Positions 1-13,523 of a stretch of 57,627 nt of DNA are shown here, one piece after another. Both the position numbers and the translations under genes were made by a program. The notes under the pieces are model-generated. The model searched no databases, was not told where the DNA came from, and worked only from the letters and a program-made list of their open reading frames with translations. Source of the DNA: Obrimoposthia wandeli (lineage: Eukaryota); contig CDROCS010006758.1 in NCBI GenBank assembly GCA_977020255.1, positions 1 through 57,627 of the forward strand, read 5' to 3'. Positions within the stretch are counted from its first letter, which is position 1, and the number at the start of each line of letters is the position of its first letter.

Positions 1-1000
1 TACGTGAAATCTATTAGTTGTCCGAATCATCTCTAATATTTATCAATAGTCGTGTATAGAAAAGAGAGAAACTGAAGATACATTGGTTGATCTATACACA
101 TACCGAGCGTCCCCATTCTAGTTTCATTTTTAGATATCCGTATTATTCTCAAAAGGGAATTCTCTGTCCTCCTACAAGCGTTGGTTCTATATTAATTAGT
201 ATAAATATAAATGATTAACAGCATTTAAAAGTTTTGGCCTTATTTTAGCTTTCTATGGTTTTTATTGTATGGGTTTCAAAGGTATTTCTGTTTAAACCAT
301 ACTTTTAGCGAGTTTATCATCAAATAAAACTCGTATTATATTGCCTCTTTACTGTAAACGTTATTTTACCATTTTTAATGTTACACATTTATCGAAATAT
401 TCACTACATTCCTTCTGTATTAATTCTACAGAAATTCACTCTACTATCTAATTTATAATCTTTTGAAAATAATTTCAGTTCCACTACATACTTTGGTCTC
501 TGTTTCAACTAAAAACACTTTTGTTACTCTATCAGGAACATTTTTAAACGATTTAGATGAGGCTATATCGAATCTCTTCATACCTACTACATGTCCACTG
601 TCAAAAAACCGAATTGGAAGAGCTTCTCTATCAGATCCAAATATAATTTGAATAGGTTTTAAAAATGTTTTAGTCTATTTTTAAATCTGACTTTGTTTTT
701 CATATATTACTTTCACTTCTTTATCTATACAATTGTAAAAGAATTTTCCTTTACTATCAAACCCAATCACAACTTCGAATGATTTTTCATGATCAACTTC
801 TTTTTGTAAACGAAATATGTGAGTTTTTCTGATAGTAATTGGAGAATAATAAAAAGGAAAATTCTGTTAAGCAACTTCCCATTCTCCTTGGAGATTTATA
901 GATTTTCCCAATCGATAATGGGGTGGAAGCTACTAGCGTCACATTGATCGGTTAGTCTCGGACATCCGTTACTAGGTAAAACCAAATACATAGACTTCAT
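1..1000 (-). pseudogene. Polinton minor capsid (penton), copy 1, frameshifted and cut by the window edge
   Basis: Nucleotide-colinear with intact ORF 37428-38492 but with many indels. Confidence 0.85.
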
Positions 1001-2029
1001 ATTATATTAGATGCTGATATCCGTTGGATCTGAATAACCATGCCATTTAACATAGTATTGTTTATGTTTACTGGCACCCATTAGATTTTAATATTTTTGA
1101 ATACGGAAAACGCTAGGTTTATTTTTGATATTACTTGTAGTTCTTGCTCGTAAAATTTACCGTGAACGATATTATTGTCAGAATCTTTAATAGTACACAT
1201 TATTGGATTACTCTTTGATCAATTTTTACTTATACAAAATATTTAAATCGCTCCAATTCCTGATCAAAGTTTTAATAAATGGAGTAGAGCTAATTTTCGA
1301 AATTCGGACATATTCGTTTTTCTTATATTTAGCTTTCTCATAATATTTTCTTTTTTATTCCTGTTCATCCAAATATCCATATAATTTTATTAGTAACATC
1401 AACAGGTCTCATTCCCATGAGACCTCTATATTCCGAGTGATTATAGGCATGTATTATTTTAGGTAAACTTGGATCCATTTTTATTTCCTTCTTTTGTGAA
1501 ATACTTTTTATTCGATCTCTTAAAGTACGATTAAATATTTCTACTACTGCTGCTTTTATACTGTGAAAAACACAGAGTAGTGATTTATATTATTTTATTT
1601 AAATAAAGATTGAACTTGCTTATTATAAAATTCTTTTCCTAAATCAGTTTGCACATTTTGTAAATGTCCTCTTTATTTCTTTAATGGCTTCAAGCATAGC
1701 TGTATTGAAGACTTTGCTTTAACTGGAATTGCACGAGCAAACCTGCTAAATACATCAATAAATGTTAAAATATATCGATATCCCTTATTAATGGAAGAAC
1801 AGGATCCGTATCTCCATCAAATCCATTTGCCATAAATTACTAGGACCGCTGATTTGTAAGCTCTCTTGGTGGAAACCTTCTTCTCATCGGCCTGTTCAGA
1901 CTGTAGGCTAACTGGTTGCTCTGCCATTTCTGCGTTTTCTTGTAGTTTTGTTTTTGTTCTTTTTGCTAATTTTGAAACTCCGGTGTAGCCAATTGGATCT
2001 TGGGTGGGTAGGTGAACCATATCTTCCAT
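997..2029 (-). pseudogene. Polinton integrase, copy 1, frameshifted
   Basis: Colinear with 38489-39517. Confidence 0.85.
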
Positions 2030-2115
2030 TACAACAATTTGAATAGAAAGATAATTTAAATTTAGGTAAATAAGGGTTAGCACCCATATCTTTAACTGAT
2101 TTTATAAATAATTGT

Positions 2116-2446
2116 TTATGAGGATATGTCGCAGCTATAATACTACTGATAATTGAAGCAACAACTGGAATAACAGCCCTATGAAACCACCATTCTGTTT
2201 AAGAATAATATTTCTTTTCCTTTTTTTACTTTTACATTCTTAATATCTAGAAAGAGTTTTTTCTATATTTCTTTAATATATTTTCCGATTTTCAACTTTT
2301 AATTGACCCAAAACTATATTATAAAAACTTCCAATAAATCATCTACAACAAAAGATGGAAATGCTTAAGAATAAATCATTCTCTTATGAGAAGAGGCTTT
2401 GACTAAAGCTTTAAAATAGGGTATGCTTCTTTTGTATTTTCTTCAT
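2116..2446 (-). pseudogene. Basic QxGGF core-like protein, copy 1
   Basis: Colinear with 39604-39934. Confidence 0.65.
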
Positions 2447-2627
2447 TTTAATAGAAAAGGTTTAATTTAAATATTGTTTATATTCAAAGCCATTTAAGTT
2501 TTTTTTTTTATTTCTAACTACAGATTTGATTAATTTTTTCACTTATTTTTTCTTAATGATTCTTTTTTTGATTTCTTAGGCTTTGCTTTACGCTCTTTAC
2601 TATCAACTTCTTTAAAAGGCATTATAA

Positions 2628-3279
2628 ATTTATCTTTTATGATTGTTCTCTATTTGTTTGCGTATAAACAGTTACTCCTTAGAATTAAATATGTCGGTTA
2701 AACACGTAAATCATCTGGCAAGCTTGTGTAAAGTCAATAAATATATACCCATGTGCTTGTTTAGCAGCATCGTGGAATGAATCAACTAAAAGTTATTATT
2801 TTGGGAAATGCCTGTCTGGCCACGAAATTAACAACTGTTTGATCTCTAGGATTTTAAATAAAACTAAGTAATGCACATTAAGATTTCTAATTCTATGGTG
2901 ACCTCCTTGGTGAAACAGATTTTGAGTGATAAATATAACTGTTACTTCACGATGTCTTGCAATCTTTGTAAATAAATTACAAAGTCTGATTCCTTTTGTT
3001 AGCTTCCTGATACAAATCATCAATTATTATTACATCTTCTTTTTTTTCAATCTTTCACACCAATTTGCATCAAATCCTTCAATAAATTGTATTCCTTCAA
3101 CTTGCAAACTTCTGTTTTGGTTAATCCGCTTTCCCCTCCTCCACCATGAGATACCAATAAATATTTTTGAAACTAGATTTGAAAAGAGATTCATTTTGCA
3201 ACAATTTACAGACGAAATGTGTCTTTCCACTTCCACTGGGACCAACTATTTGAAATACAGCATTATTATTTAGCTCCAA
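2628..3279 (-). pseudogene. Packaging ATPase, copy 1, frameshifted
   Basis: Colinear with 40113-40760; ORF-track fragments 2796-3023 and 3030-3245. Confidence 0.85.
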
Positions 3280-3626
3280 ATGCATATACTCTTTCATTTT
3301 TAATATTGTTTATATTATCATAGAAGTTTTCTTATTGAAATGTACAATGTTAGAGCTATGTTAGATGAAATACAAAAATTAATTAATGAATATTTGGCTA
3401 CAATTTATTTATTTGTGTACGATTTCTAAATTCTCGAATAACGTGTGATCTAACCAATATTTCAATGTTATCTCTTGTTATCTCTTGTTATATCATTATT
3501 TTTAATTCTGATAAAATTTCTTTACCCCTAATTTTTCCAGAAAATATTTCGTCGGCAAGCCGATCCACTTCATTGTCTCTATTTATAGTATTATTCATTT
3601 GAAACAATAAGTTTAAACGGGTTTTT

Positions 3627-4123
3627 TTATAGAAAAGATAATAAGATGTAATAAGATATATTTTCTAAAATCAAATCAACAATGTCTATATAATCAAAAA
3701 TTTTCAATCCCAATATCATAACTTTACCACTAGAAAATATATTTACACAGCGGTTTAAACTTCAAATAACTGAAAGCAGGAAAAATTTCTGGTTCAAACA
3801 TGCATTCTTCTTTCATTTTCTCTGCAGTTTTAAAAAGATTTATCTGTTCCCGAGATTAGCCGAAATCGTGATTGATTGTATTGCAGTGATTTGAATTCCA
3901 AATGGTAAATTGAACCCAAGCATTGGTATTTTGCATCCCATAACACGACAATTTCCTAAAAGAATTCAATATGAAAATAAAATAAAAAACTAACCTGTAG
4001 GAAAAATAACATCTGTAAAATTGTCAAACTTTTCCACATATTGTCTGGCTTCTATTCATTGAATGGTAAGTACGAAACATCATCTTCTGTTCTACCTTTA
4101 TAATTTATATTTACGAGTTTCAT
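3627..4123 (-). pseudogene. TBP-like gene, copy 1
   Basis: Colinear with 41109-41608; has the same intron, TAG and frameshift, plus extra indels. Confidence 0.7.
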
Positions 4124-4371
4124 TAGACTAAAATTGTATTCTATAAAATCTTCTTTATATATGTCTGAACCTGCTTTTTTATTGCACGTTTCTTGTAATT
4201 ATCTTGCAAACCTATTATAATTGGATGATATATTTCTTCCAATCAAATTTGATTTTTAATATGGATTTAGTCAAAAAAATTCAATGCTTTAGTTATATTA
4301 ACCAATGAGATTCATGTCTTTGTTACAAATTAGTATAAAAGAATGCGTCATTGGAGGACAAATCATAGTAA

Positions 4372-4853
4372 ATGCATTCATATCAAAGACAATTATCAAC
4401 GATGGACGATAGCCAACGGGTATTAAGCGGTGACGAAGATTCGGAAATATTTGAAGAATCGGATAAGGATATGTTTGAAGAAGTGAAACAATATTTCAAA
4501 TACAAAGTCAGATTCTTGAAGAAGGCTCAACTGATTGCTTTAGTAAATCCTGTGACAATTGAAAGAAGAAAGTTCAGCTACTATCTATCAAATATTCAAA
4601 AACCAGATTTTCAATACTTAAACAAAAAAGTGGCAAGGGAAGTTCGAAATTTAACTTTCAATAAGAACGAATTTTATATCCGAGGACCCGATGAAGCATT
4701 TCTAGATGACTATGGAAGATATGTTGATTTTGATGCATTTCCGAAAAGAAGCAATGGACTGTAACAATTCGACTTTATGGTTACAAGAAAGATGAAATGG
4801 GGACAAAGTTGCCTATGTGGAAAATTGAACGTGCTCATATTTCTATGTTTTAA
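4372..4853 (+). pseudogene. Polinton accessory ORF A, copy 1, frameshifted near its 3' end
   Basis: Matches 41858-42340. Confidence 0.7.
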
Positions 4854-4989
4854 CTTTTGCGTGTAATAAATTGTAATCGGTTTTACTATGTTTCTTTCAT
4901 TTAATAATCAGTTTTATTTTTTTAAATATTTGTATCTTATATGTATTTTTTTTATAAACATTGTTTTTAATCAGTTTCCTTATTTTAGA

Positions 4990-5394
4990 ATGGATAAGAG
5001 ATGTGTAGCAAATTTTTATTATCCAGAAAGAATTTCAAAAGGAAAACTATGTAATATATTAAAGAGGCATCAAATTATACGAGTTATGAATCCTGTGAAA
5101 ATATCAAAAGTGGAGAATAAATATCTCATCGAAATTTTAACAACATCTGATATTGATCAATTGAAAAATATTTTGGGATTTTATATTCCTGATTATGTAT
5201 ATGAAGGAAATTGTTTCCAGCTTGAAACTGATCCCAGTCTGGATTTTAAAGATGATCTAGGATATTTGATTGCTCCAATTCTAGATGAAGAACTATGGAA
5301 TATCTCAATACGTCTCAATAGATATTTTGCTGATGACGGGGAAATGCAGCCTCTTTGGACTTTGAGTGAAGCCAATATGTTGTTTTATGTTTAA
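4990..5394 (+). CDS. Polinton accessory ORF B (134 aa), copy 1
   Basis: Open and identical in translation to 42476-42880. Confidence 0.7.
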   Translation: MDKRCVANFYYPERISKGKLCNILKRHQIIRVMNPVKISKVENKYLIEILTTSDIDQLKNILGFYIPDYVYEGNCFQLETDPSLDFKDDLGYLIAPILDEELWNISIRLNRYFADDGEMQPLWTLSEANMLFYV

Positions 5395-5629
5395 TAAATA
5401 TTTTGAAAAATAATTTTGTCTCATATTTTGTTTTTTCTCCTCTATATTATATAGATCTGACCGATTTTTTATCCTATAAATAGATATATAACATGTAGTA
5501 ATTTATTAATCTAAAATCTTTCTCTAAAATAGTAGTAATATATTATTTGAAATCTCTGTGATAAGCCGCCGGGACCAATATGGATTCCCGTGGTCTTCTC
5601 TAACCACTTTTGAGATTTGCAGTAAAATT

Positions 5630-5872
5630 TTTTAAAATTGTGGTGGGGGTACCCCTTCTTTCTCCCTTTGGGTGGAGACATACATTAAATTTGACTCCAC
5701 ACACATACACGGTTTTAAAAGAACAGGGGGCCCTTCACCCTTTGGGTGGAGACACACGTGCACAAAATTTCACTCCACACACATGCACGAAATTTCCCTC
5801 CACACCCCTGCACGGATTTAAAGGACAGATGGGGTGGAGGGGTGTGGATTACACCGGACAGATCCACCTACT
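5630..5872. repeat. Putative Polinton terminal region ending ...GATCCACCTACT, copy 1
   Basis: GC-rich block with repeated CCCTTTGGGTGGAGACAC and CTCCACACACAT motifs; end reads 5'-AGTAGGT on the minus strand, fitting the AG...CT termini of Polintons. Confidence 0.6.
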
Positions 5873-7140
5873 CAATAGGGCTTGCAGTTGTTCGTGGCCT
5901 ATTTAGATTTTTCCTTACCTGTCTCAATTTATAATCTGAAGATTTTGTTTACAATCTGTGTTGTGGAGATGTGTAAAGAGTTGTGTACACGGGGTACTGG
6001 AAAATTTTCCTTATTGTGGTGTAGTGTATGGCGGTTTGGTACTTGCCTGGTTGTAGGGATTTGTTCAATTTAACACTGCTAAATTGTAGGAAAACTTTAT
6101 TATCTTAACTCACTCTAACTAAGTTCCTAAAAATTACAACAATTAGTCCTAACTGCTTCACTAAACTTCAAACAAATGAGGATGTCTTAAAGTATCGATT
6201 TTAATCAGTCTAACAAATTTACGAGTTCTATACTCTTTATTTCAAAATACAATTTATTTTAGTCAAAACACAATTTATCTTTTAGTCAAAACGCAATTTA
6301 TCTTTTAGTCAAAACACAATTTATCCTTTAGTCCAAACGCAATTTACTTTCTTTAATCAAAAGACAATTTACTTTCTTTAATCAAAACACAATTTACTGT
6401 CTTGAATCAAAATACAAGTTACTTTCTTTAGTCAAAACACAATTTACTTCTTGAATCGAAACAAAATTTACTTTCATTAATCAAAATACAATTTACTTCT
6501 TTAGTCACTCACTTTCTGCTGGGCTTGACTGTGTCCTCTCGTCCGTTTATGCTCCCTCAATGACTCTCTTCTGTACTTGGTTCAGGTATGGATTCAATGG
6601 CCTATTGTCTGCTGGTACTTCTTCCACGTCTCTTCTCAACTGGGCTTCTCAGCAACTGGCACAATCGCTTCACCTGCAAACTCGGTAATCTGATACTTTT
6701 CTTCAATTTCAATTTAATTGTGTTTTTGCACTCTGAGCTATCTTCTTATATAGTCTGTAGATCTGGCGCTAATGGAATTGTCTTCTTTTCTTGCGAGTTC
6801 GTTTCTAGCGCTAATGGACTAGAGGTCTGACGCTAATGAACTTGTCGTCTGGTGATTTTTTTTCTTGCGAGTTCGTTTCTTAATCACTCTTCTTAGCTTC
6901 TTCTTAATTACACTCAGTTCGACTTAATCACTGTCAGTTCTTTTTTGAGACGCAAACTTTCCCTTACATATCTCACACCACACATGACCTTTCAAGGTCC
7001 TAAAATACTTTTTGAGATTTTATTACATTTAATTTTAATTCTAATTTAATTATATATTCTTTTTAACCTTGCTTTCAAGGTTTTATATTCCTATATAATA
7101 ATATTTATTTTCAAAAAATATTAAATTCCTATTCCTAACA
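5873..7140 (-). mobile_element. LTR-family remnant C
   Basis: Shares GGACCTTGAA(G)AGG(T/C)CAT and CTG(T/C)AAGCCCTATTG motifs and AT-rich blocks with LTR A (16343-17645) and LTR B (19980-21590). Confidence 0.6.
6236..6505 (+). repeat. Degenerate ~23 bp tandem array (TCAAAACACAATTTA...)
   Basis: About 11 visible units; copy 2 (~43690-43910) has fewer units. Confidence 0.85.
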
Positions 7141-8146
7141 CTATAGTACTTTTTCGGAGAACAAAGATCATGAGTCATTGATGTGTCATGGTATTTGTCT
7201 CGGGGAGGGGTAATGCTTTTAATCCTAAAAACAAACATCTTCTTACTTTTTGCATTTCTCGTTTTTTTGTTGCTTTTATTCCATAATCAAATGGGTTCTT
7301 AATTAATTTAAAAACTAAAATATACCGATTTCTCTATATAAAAGTGCTTCATTTTAAAATTAATATATATATTTTTTTACGGTTCCGAAAAGTATTTTCC
7401 ACCTAGTTTTAAACTTCTAAATTGTTATTAAAATATATAAGTATTAAGTATTTTAGAATCAAAACTCGTTATAGTGATGACTCACTGATGAGTGATATGA
7501 TAATTTAAACTTCTGTTTTATTAAAACTTTATTGTGTATCATATACAAAAAATATATACATTTTATAAAGTTCTTCTATTTTACAGACTAAATTTTGTTA
7601 TTTTTATTCATAAAAACTTTTTAATTCGTTTTTTAATTTAATTATTTATTTTATATTTATTTTATAATGGTAGCTGAGGTAATTATAATAATTTAAACTA
7701 TTAAAACTATGATCATTTGAGTAAATGACGGTTATGCATCAATTGTATACTACGGTTTGCGTGAATGTGGATAGGTATAAAACGCCTAGCAGCTAAAATG
7801 AGTTTGACAGCCTTGATATAAACAAACACATTGAAGATTAATCAATTTATTTTATGTTATTAATTTATTTTGATTTAAGTCAAAAATTGGAATCAAACAA
7901 GACAAACATTTAGAGAATTATAGTATGACTGTTAAATTAAAAAAAAACAGTTTAATTTATTAATTAAAAGTTAACCGGTATTCTACTGCTACAAAAGAAA
8001 TTAAAATATAGTTTATTAGGCCACAAAAATCCAAAGAGGATAGCGGTCTTGGTGAGTAAAAAGCGAATCAACTCACGACATATATATCATAAACATGACC
8101 AATACCAAAGACTGTGTCAGAGTTTTATTGTCCAATCTTCCAATAG

Positions 8147-8938
8147 TCAGGCCTCAAAAATGTAATCTTGTGTTTCATACTCGCCAATGAGATCCATATA
8201 AGCCACAACTTTAGCTCCCTCTGACCAAGATCCACCGTTGGGTACATACGTTATCACAGGATTCACTTTGGTGGAGAGATCATATTCGCAGTGTTCATAA
8301 CTCGATATGGTGGCCAGGAAGCCAATATCATCTTTACACTTCAAACCGGAGACCTTCATCAGGAATCTGCGATGGACATTTTCAATTCCGGCTAAACTAA
8401 ACTCATCATAGGTAGTCATTTTAATTACTCTAGCACTCCAGGGAAAGCTGAACACGACATTGGTTTTGTTGAACCAGGATACTGTGGAGGCAACCGGTGG
8501 CACAGAGAACTTCAAGAAGGCCAAGACTTTACCGGGTACATCGTACAGGTTCACCCGGATCCCGGATGGCTTCAGCTGGTCCCAGTCGTTCAGCAGTGAA
8601 TGGCGGTAGTTGCCATAATTAGTCAGCATGGGTGAGCCTGACATCCAGAACTCGTACGGATCAGCACCTCCGCCAGTCTTAATAGTGAGCAGCTTGATAT
8701 TAGAACCCATTGAGCGGTACAGTTGAACTGCGCTGTCAGTACGGTCTCGGTGGAACTTGTCACTACTAATCAGACATTTGCCTGACCTGAGCATGAACCT
8801 TTTAGAGCGTTTTGAGTAGGCGTAACCCGCACAAGTAACAAGCTTCGAGCAGTGACAACGAAAATCTGTAAGCAGCAAAAAAAGGACAAGCAAAATGAGA
8901 CACAATTGCATTTTCACTTGCTGAGCTAAACTGACCAT
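8147..8938 (-). CDS. Single-exon 263 aa putative secreted protein, copy 1
   Basis: Intact ORF; hydrophobic N-terminal stretch LCLILLVLFLLL; Cys-containing; visibly GC-richer than flanks; open in both copies. Confidence 0.75.
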   Translation of the reverse strand: MVSLAQQVKMQLCLILLVLFLLLTDFRCHCSKLVTCAGYAYSKRSKRFMLRSGKCLISSDKFHRDRTDSAVQLYRSMGSNIKLLTIKTGGGADPYEFWMSGSPMLTNYGNYRHSLLNDWDQLKPSGIRVNLYDVPGKVLAFLKFSVPPVASTVSWFNKTNVVFSFPWSARVIKMTTYDEFSLAGIENVHRRFLMKVSGLKCKDDIGFLATISSYEHCEYDLSTKVNPVITYVPNGGSWSEGAKVVAYMDLIGEYETQDYIFEA

Positions 8939-9689
8939 GTTTGTGGTTGTTATTTTAGTATTGTTTATAATGTATATTTGTTGTTACCAAACAATGCTCG
9001 TCATCTGTCATCAAAATGTTGTTTGTACTGTAAACATACAGTAGGATGTGGAATATCTATTAAACAGTTTAGGGCATATTTTTAAAAATGAAAAAAAAAA
9101 AGCATTTTAAAATGAAAAGGTTTTTAATAACCAATAAAATAAATAATCATCTAAGCCTGTAATTAAGTAAATAGCATTCATATGCGGTGAACTGCGACAG
9201 GCTAACACCAGGAAAATTAGAGAGTCAAAATCGAGTCAGGAAGAAAGAAAAAATAAAAGTGCAGAGTTAAAGAAGTTAAATTTGGCTTAGTTTGAAGGTA
9301 GGCGCTGGGGTAGCAGCCAGAGTGGTGGTGGACAGGATTGCACAGACACCAGCTATGGAATCGATGACTCCAATCAAAAATTTCAGGTAGCGTCGAAACA
9401 TGTCATTATTTGGCTCCCACGGACTAAGCAGCTCACCAAGTTCATAGTGCCGTAGAAAAACGGAGGAGCTAATTAATCTTGGGTGACCTCTAACTCTATT
9501 ACTAGTAAAATCCCCTAAATAACCACAACAATGGTGGGTTTTAGCAGAGAATACATAATGGGAACTACCTACCTTACAGATCAGAAAATTTTAGCAGATT
9601 TAGCAGCTATTCCGATGTTTTAATTTTGATAAGAAGCAGTGTCGACAGCCAACAATTTAGAAGTGGAAATTACGGAAAGTTGAAGACTC

Positions 9690-10800
9690 AAGAGTCAGAA
9701 GCTTGTAAGGAAGGTGAAGAAGCAAAAATATCAAATCAGCTACAACACAATATACATGGCTAAAAAAACGCTGTGACAAGGCATGTTAGACTTCAATTTG
9801 GACATATGCAAGTAATAAAGAGTTACTACTGATGGAGCACCTGCGATGATGAAAAAGAAATTATGCACAAACAAACAACTATATTTTTAAATTGCATTGT
9901 ATTGTTCACCAGAAGAAATTGTGCTGCAAGGCCATAAAATTTCAAGGCATCATATCAGTTGTCGTGAGGTACGCGATTTTATTCTTTCTTGGGGGCTCAA
10001 TCATCGCTAATTAAATAGTTATAATTGAATGTAAAAATGATCATGATATTGTTTACCTTTGCCATGGTTGAGCAAAGGAAATATGCTGAAACTTATTTTT
10101 AGTGTATGAGAGTAGATATGAGAGATTATTATTTGAAGGGAAAACCTGTTGATGTCTTGCGTAATACAGATTTTATTGAAACATGATCTTTTGGTCGACA
10201 TTATGACACATTTTAACCAATTCAATGAACAGCTTTAACTCGAAATCAATTTATTAAGATGTCTGACAATGTCAATGCTTTACAAATAAAACTTTGTTAA
10301 TTTCCCAAGCCGTTTTAGAGTAAAGACTTCTCTCCCTTTCCGTCGCTGCAAATGTTAAGATGTTCATACCGATATTTTTGTTTTGACTATCCACAAACTT
10401 CTTGAACAGTTTAATACACGATTTGGAGACTTTGAAAAACATTCTAACTACATTAAACTTTTTATAGTTTCATTTTCCGTCCATGTGAATGATTTTGATT
10501 CACGTATTCAAAAGAAAATAATTGAAACACAAAGCGACTCTCAATTAAAAAGTATATTTCTTCTTGGTTCTACTGTTATTCTCTCATTTTAGGAAAAATA
10601 CGTCCCAAATCAATTCAAAGCATTCAAACATTGTTTCATGTGTAAAAATAATGACATGTATTTTTAGAAGTAATATAGCCTAAGCCTTTTTACCAATATC
10701 AAATACACCAAAAGCAATAATCGCACTCCTTTGATTGAAGAAAATTTATAATTCACGTATAAATCATCAACTTTTAATGTGTCCGGATTTGAAAACCTTA
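9690..10800 (+). pseudogene. Degenerate hAT (SPIN/Buster/GTF2IRD2-like) transposase
   Basis: Translated motifs VTTDGAPAM, LHCIVHQ, LLVDIMTHFNQFNEQL, QFNTRFGDF, IETQSD; many stops and frameshifts. Confidence 0.75.
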
Positions 10801-13480
10801 TTGGTGAATAAAGAATGGCACAAAAAACATTCATAAATGTTATTTACTTATTGTTGATAAAATTTTAAACAACTATGAAAAATTATAAAATGTGTCGTAT
10901 TTCACTTGGCACAAATTAGTTAGTTTTGGATTTAATTTTAGGATTGATTTAGAAGAATATGTTCGAGAGTAAAATTTCAATCTCACGAAAAATCCTCATT
11001 AATCGCACTGCCATGAAGGAAAGGATTTAATGCCTATTATTGAAGATGATTAAAATATATATTATGTCTTGAATCAAAAGAAAATTGATGTATTAAAAGT
11101 TAAATTTCCTAATTTGAAGTTTTCCAAATTTAATTTCAATGCTCAAACAATGATGGAGTATCCTAGAAACATTAAATGTCCGTTTTGTGAGCATGGTTAT
11201 AATTGTGTTTATTACAATTGTATAAATATGTGTTGTTATTTTATATCTAATAATTTAATTTTTTAATTTATTAATATATGTATATACAATGCCATATTTT
11301 TCATATTTATTTAAATTTAGCTAAGAGTAGCCAAATCTAAACTAACTCTATTGTAAAATGCTTACACGCTTCTATCATGCTTATATATATATATATTATG
11401 CTTAAAATTAAGCTTTAGTAACGTAAATTTATATTGAACAATAACAGTTTAAAAACTTTAAAATTATGAAGAAATTTATTTAGGTTTTTTAATTTGTAGA
11501 ATACTTACCCATGTGGCAGTCTGATATGCTGTTTGGTAATGCTTCATTGGTGTAGAAATTTTTGTTACCTGAGTGTGAATGAATTATTAAATAAAATAAT
11601 CATGCTACGATAGTAATAATATTTAGATATATTAATATTGTAAGTATGTAATAAAATTACGTTTGATTCATCTTCTAAAATCCTATATAAAAGTTCCCAC
11701 GATGCTGCTTGATTCTGTAACATAGATACATCGGTGTTAATAAATATCTGTAAAGATGAAGACATTAATAAAGAAACAAGTGTTAAAAACATCTTGCCTC
11801 ATCTAATATCTGACCAATTTCAGTGTAAGTAGACAATGAAGATTGATGTTGAACCTCCTCTAATAGCTGATCAATTTCCGGATTAGTAGCCAGTGATGAT
11901 TGATACCGCTGATATGTTTTCATTTATATATAATTAAAATAAAACTTCCAATATGCTTTTTTCCTTGAATATGTGCTCTGAATGAGAATTCGTTCATTTT
12001 TCCTGTTTTACATAATTTGCAGTACATTTTGAAATTTCAAATCCTAAAAATAGAAATGAAATTTAGATTAATTTTAACATTATTTGTTAACTAATTAAAC
12101 AATATATAGAGATTTTTAAAAAAAGGTCCTGCAAACGAGATATTGTCATGTTTCCTATATAGGTACAAATACTTGATAATTAAGAAATAAAAGTAAGCGA
12201 ATGAGATATTTAAAAAAAAATAGACTTCACAAACATTTTCTATTAGTTTTTAAATCTGATTTATTTCGATACGTATGCTTCTTCAATTTTGTTAATACAA
12301 TTTTCTCAAGCAAAACTAATTTTAATAATAAATTCATCGAATGATTAAGAAAAATAATTGCCTTATTATAAATTATATTTCATTTTTCTAGTTTTCAGAC
12401 GACAAAGATATTATCAGTGCTATTTATTTAAAAAAATATATTATTTTCAAAGTTTGATTAATAAAAAATTCAAATAAAATTATAAATTATTTTTAATTTC
12501 TTAATCAAATAAAAATATTGAACTTCACTTTAATGACAATTTAACAATGGGAATTAAAAGTAGTAACATCTTCAATTTTGTTTTTATTTTTTTTAAAACA
12601 AAACTAATTTTTAATAATAAATTATCGGAATCATAAGAAAAATAATTGCCAAAGATTTTTCTAATAAAGTTTTGATAATTAAAATCGTAAAACAATCGAA
12701 AAATGTTGTTCTCGTTTGAAGTGTGGAAATTTTTGACGCTTTGACATCGCATGAAATGTGTAACAGGAAAAGAAACTCACTGAAAGGATTAAAATCGTAG
12801 TTTTAATATTACTAGAGAAGGAGTTCAAATTTTGATGCTTAGTGAACTTAATAAATTGTTGCAAAGAACTTGTTTGAGATAAAATAACAATTTAAATAAA
12901 ATGTATCACTAATCGAATTAATGATTAACTAATTGTACTGATTGTTACTGATTGTTACTGATTGTAATAATCATATTTTAAAATGCAGTGTGCATATCCT
13001 GTTATTTAATAAAATATTACATCAAGATTTGTATCAAATAATCAAATATGATGTTCCTATAGTCATCGATTTACCGGTGGTGAGTTCAGCCATTTAATAT
13101 ATTATTGTCTCCTGTTTTTATTTAGTCAATATTATAATTCGTAAAAATGTTATTAAAAGGATTCTCATGTAATATTTTACTAACATTCTACATTTAAAAT
13201 ATTAAATTAATATTACTACAAGTCAATTTTGACAGTAAAAACATTAATTTATATTTAAGAAAAAAGTTATTTTGATATTCTTTGTTGATTAATATCGTAT
13301 TTATCGACCATAATAAAATAAAATGTAATAATTAAATTCTTATAAAAAATGTATGAAAAACACTTAATATTGCTAATACATAACGTTACGTAATAATTAC
13401 ATTATTTACGTATTGCCCTTTGTATCACCCTACTGCTAACGCACTACATTACGTAACAATTACATTATTGATGAGTCATT

Positions 13481-13523
13481 GAGGGTAGAGGGTACTGTGC
13501 CCGAATCGACACATCTACCTACT
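13481..13523. other. Second AGTAGGT-type element terminus
   Basis: ...ACACATCTACCTACT abuts and truncates the retroelement ORF at 13524; copy 2 ends at 50992. Confidence 0.45.

Noticed and set aside
11069-11266. Cys-rich small ORF (CPFC...C..C) as a zinc-finger gene
   Set aside because: No in-frame ATG, AT-rich low complexity and no recognisable family; unsupported.
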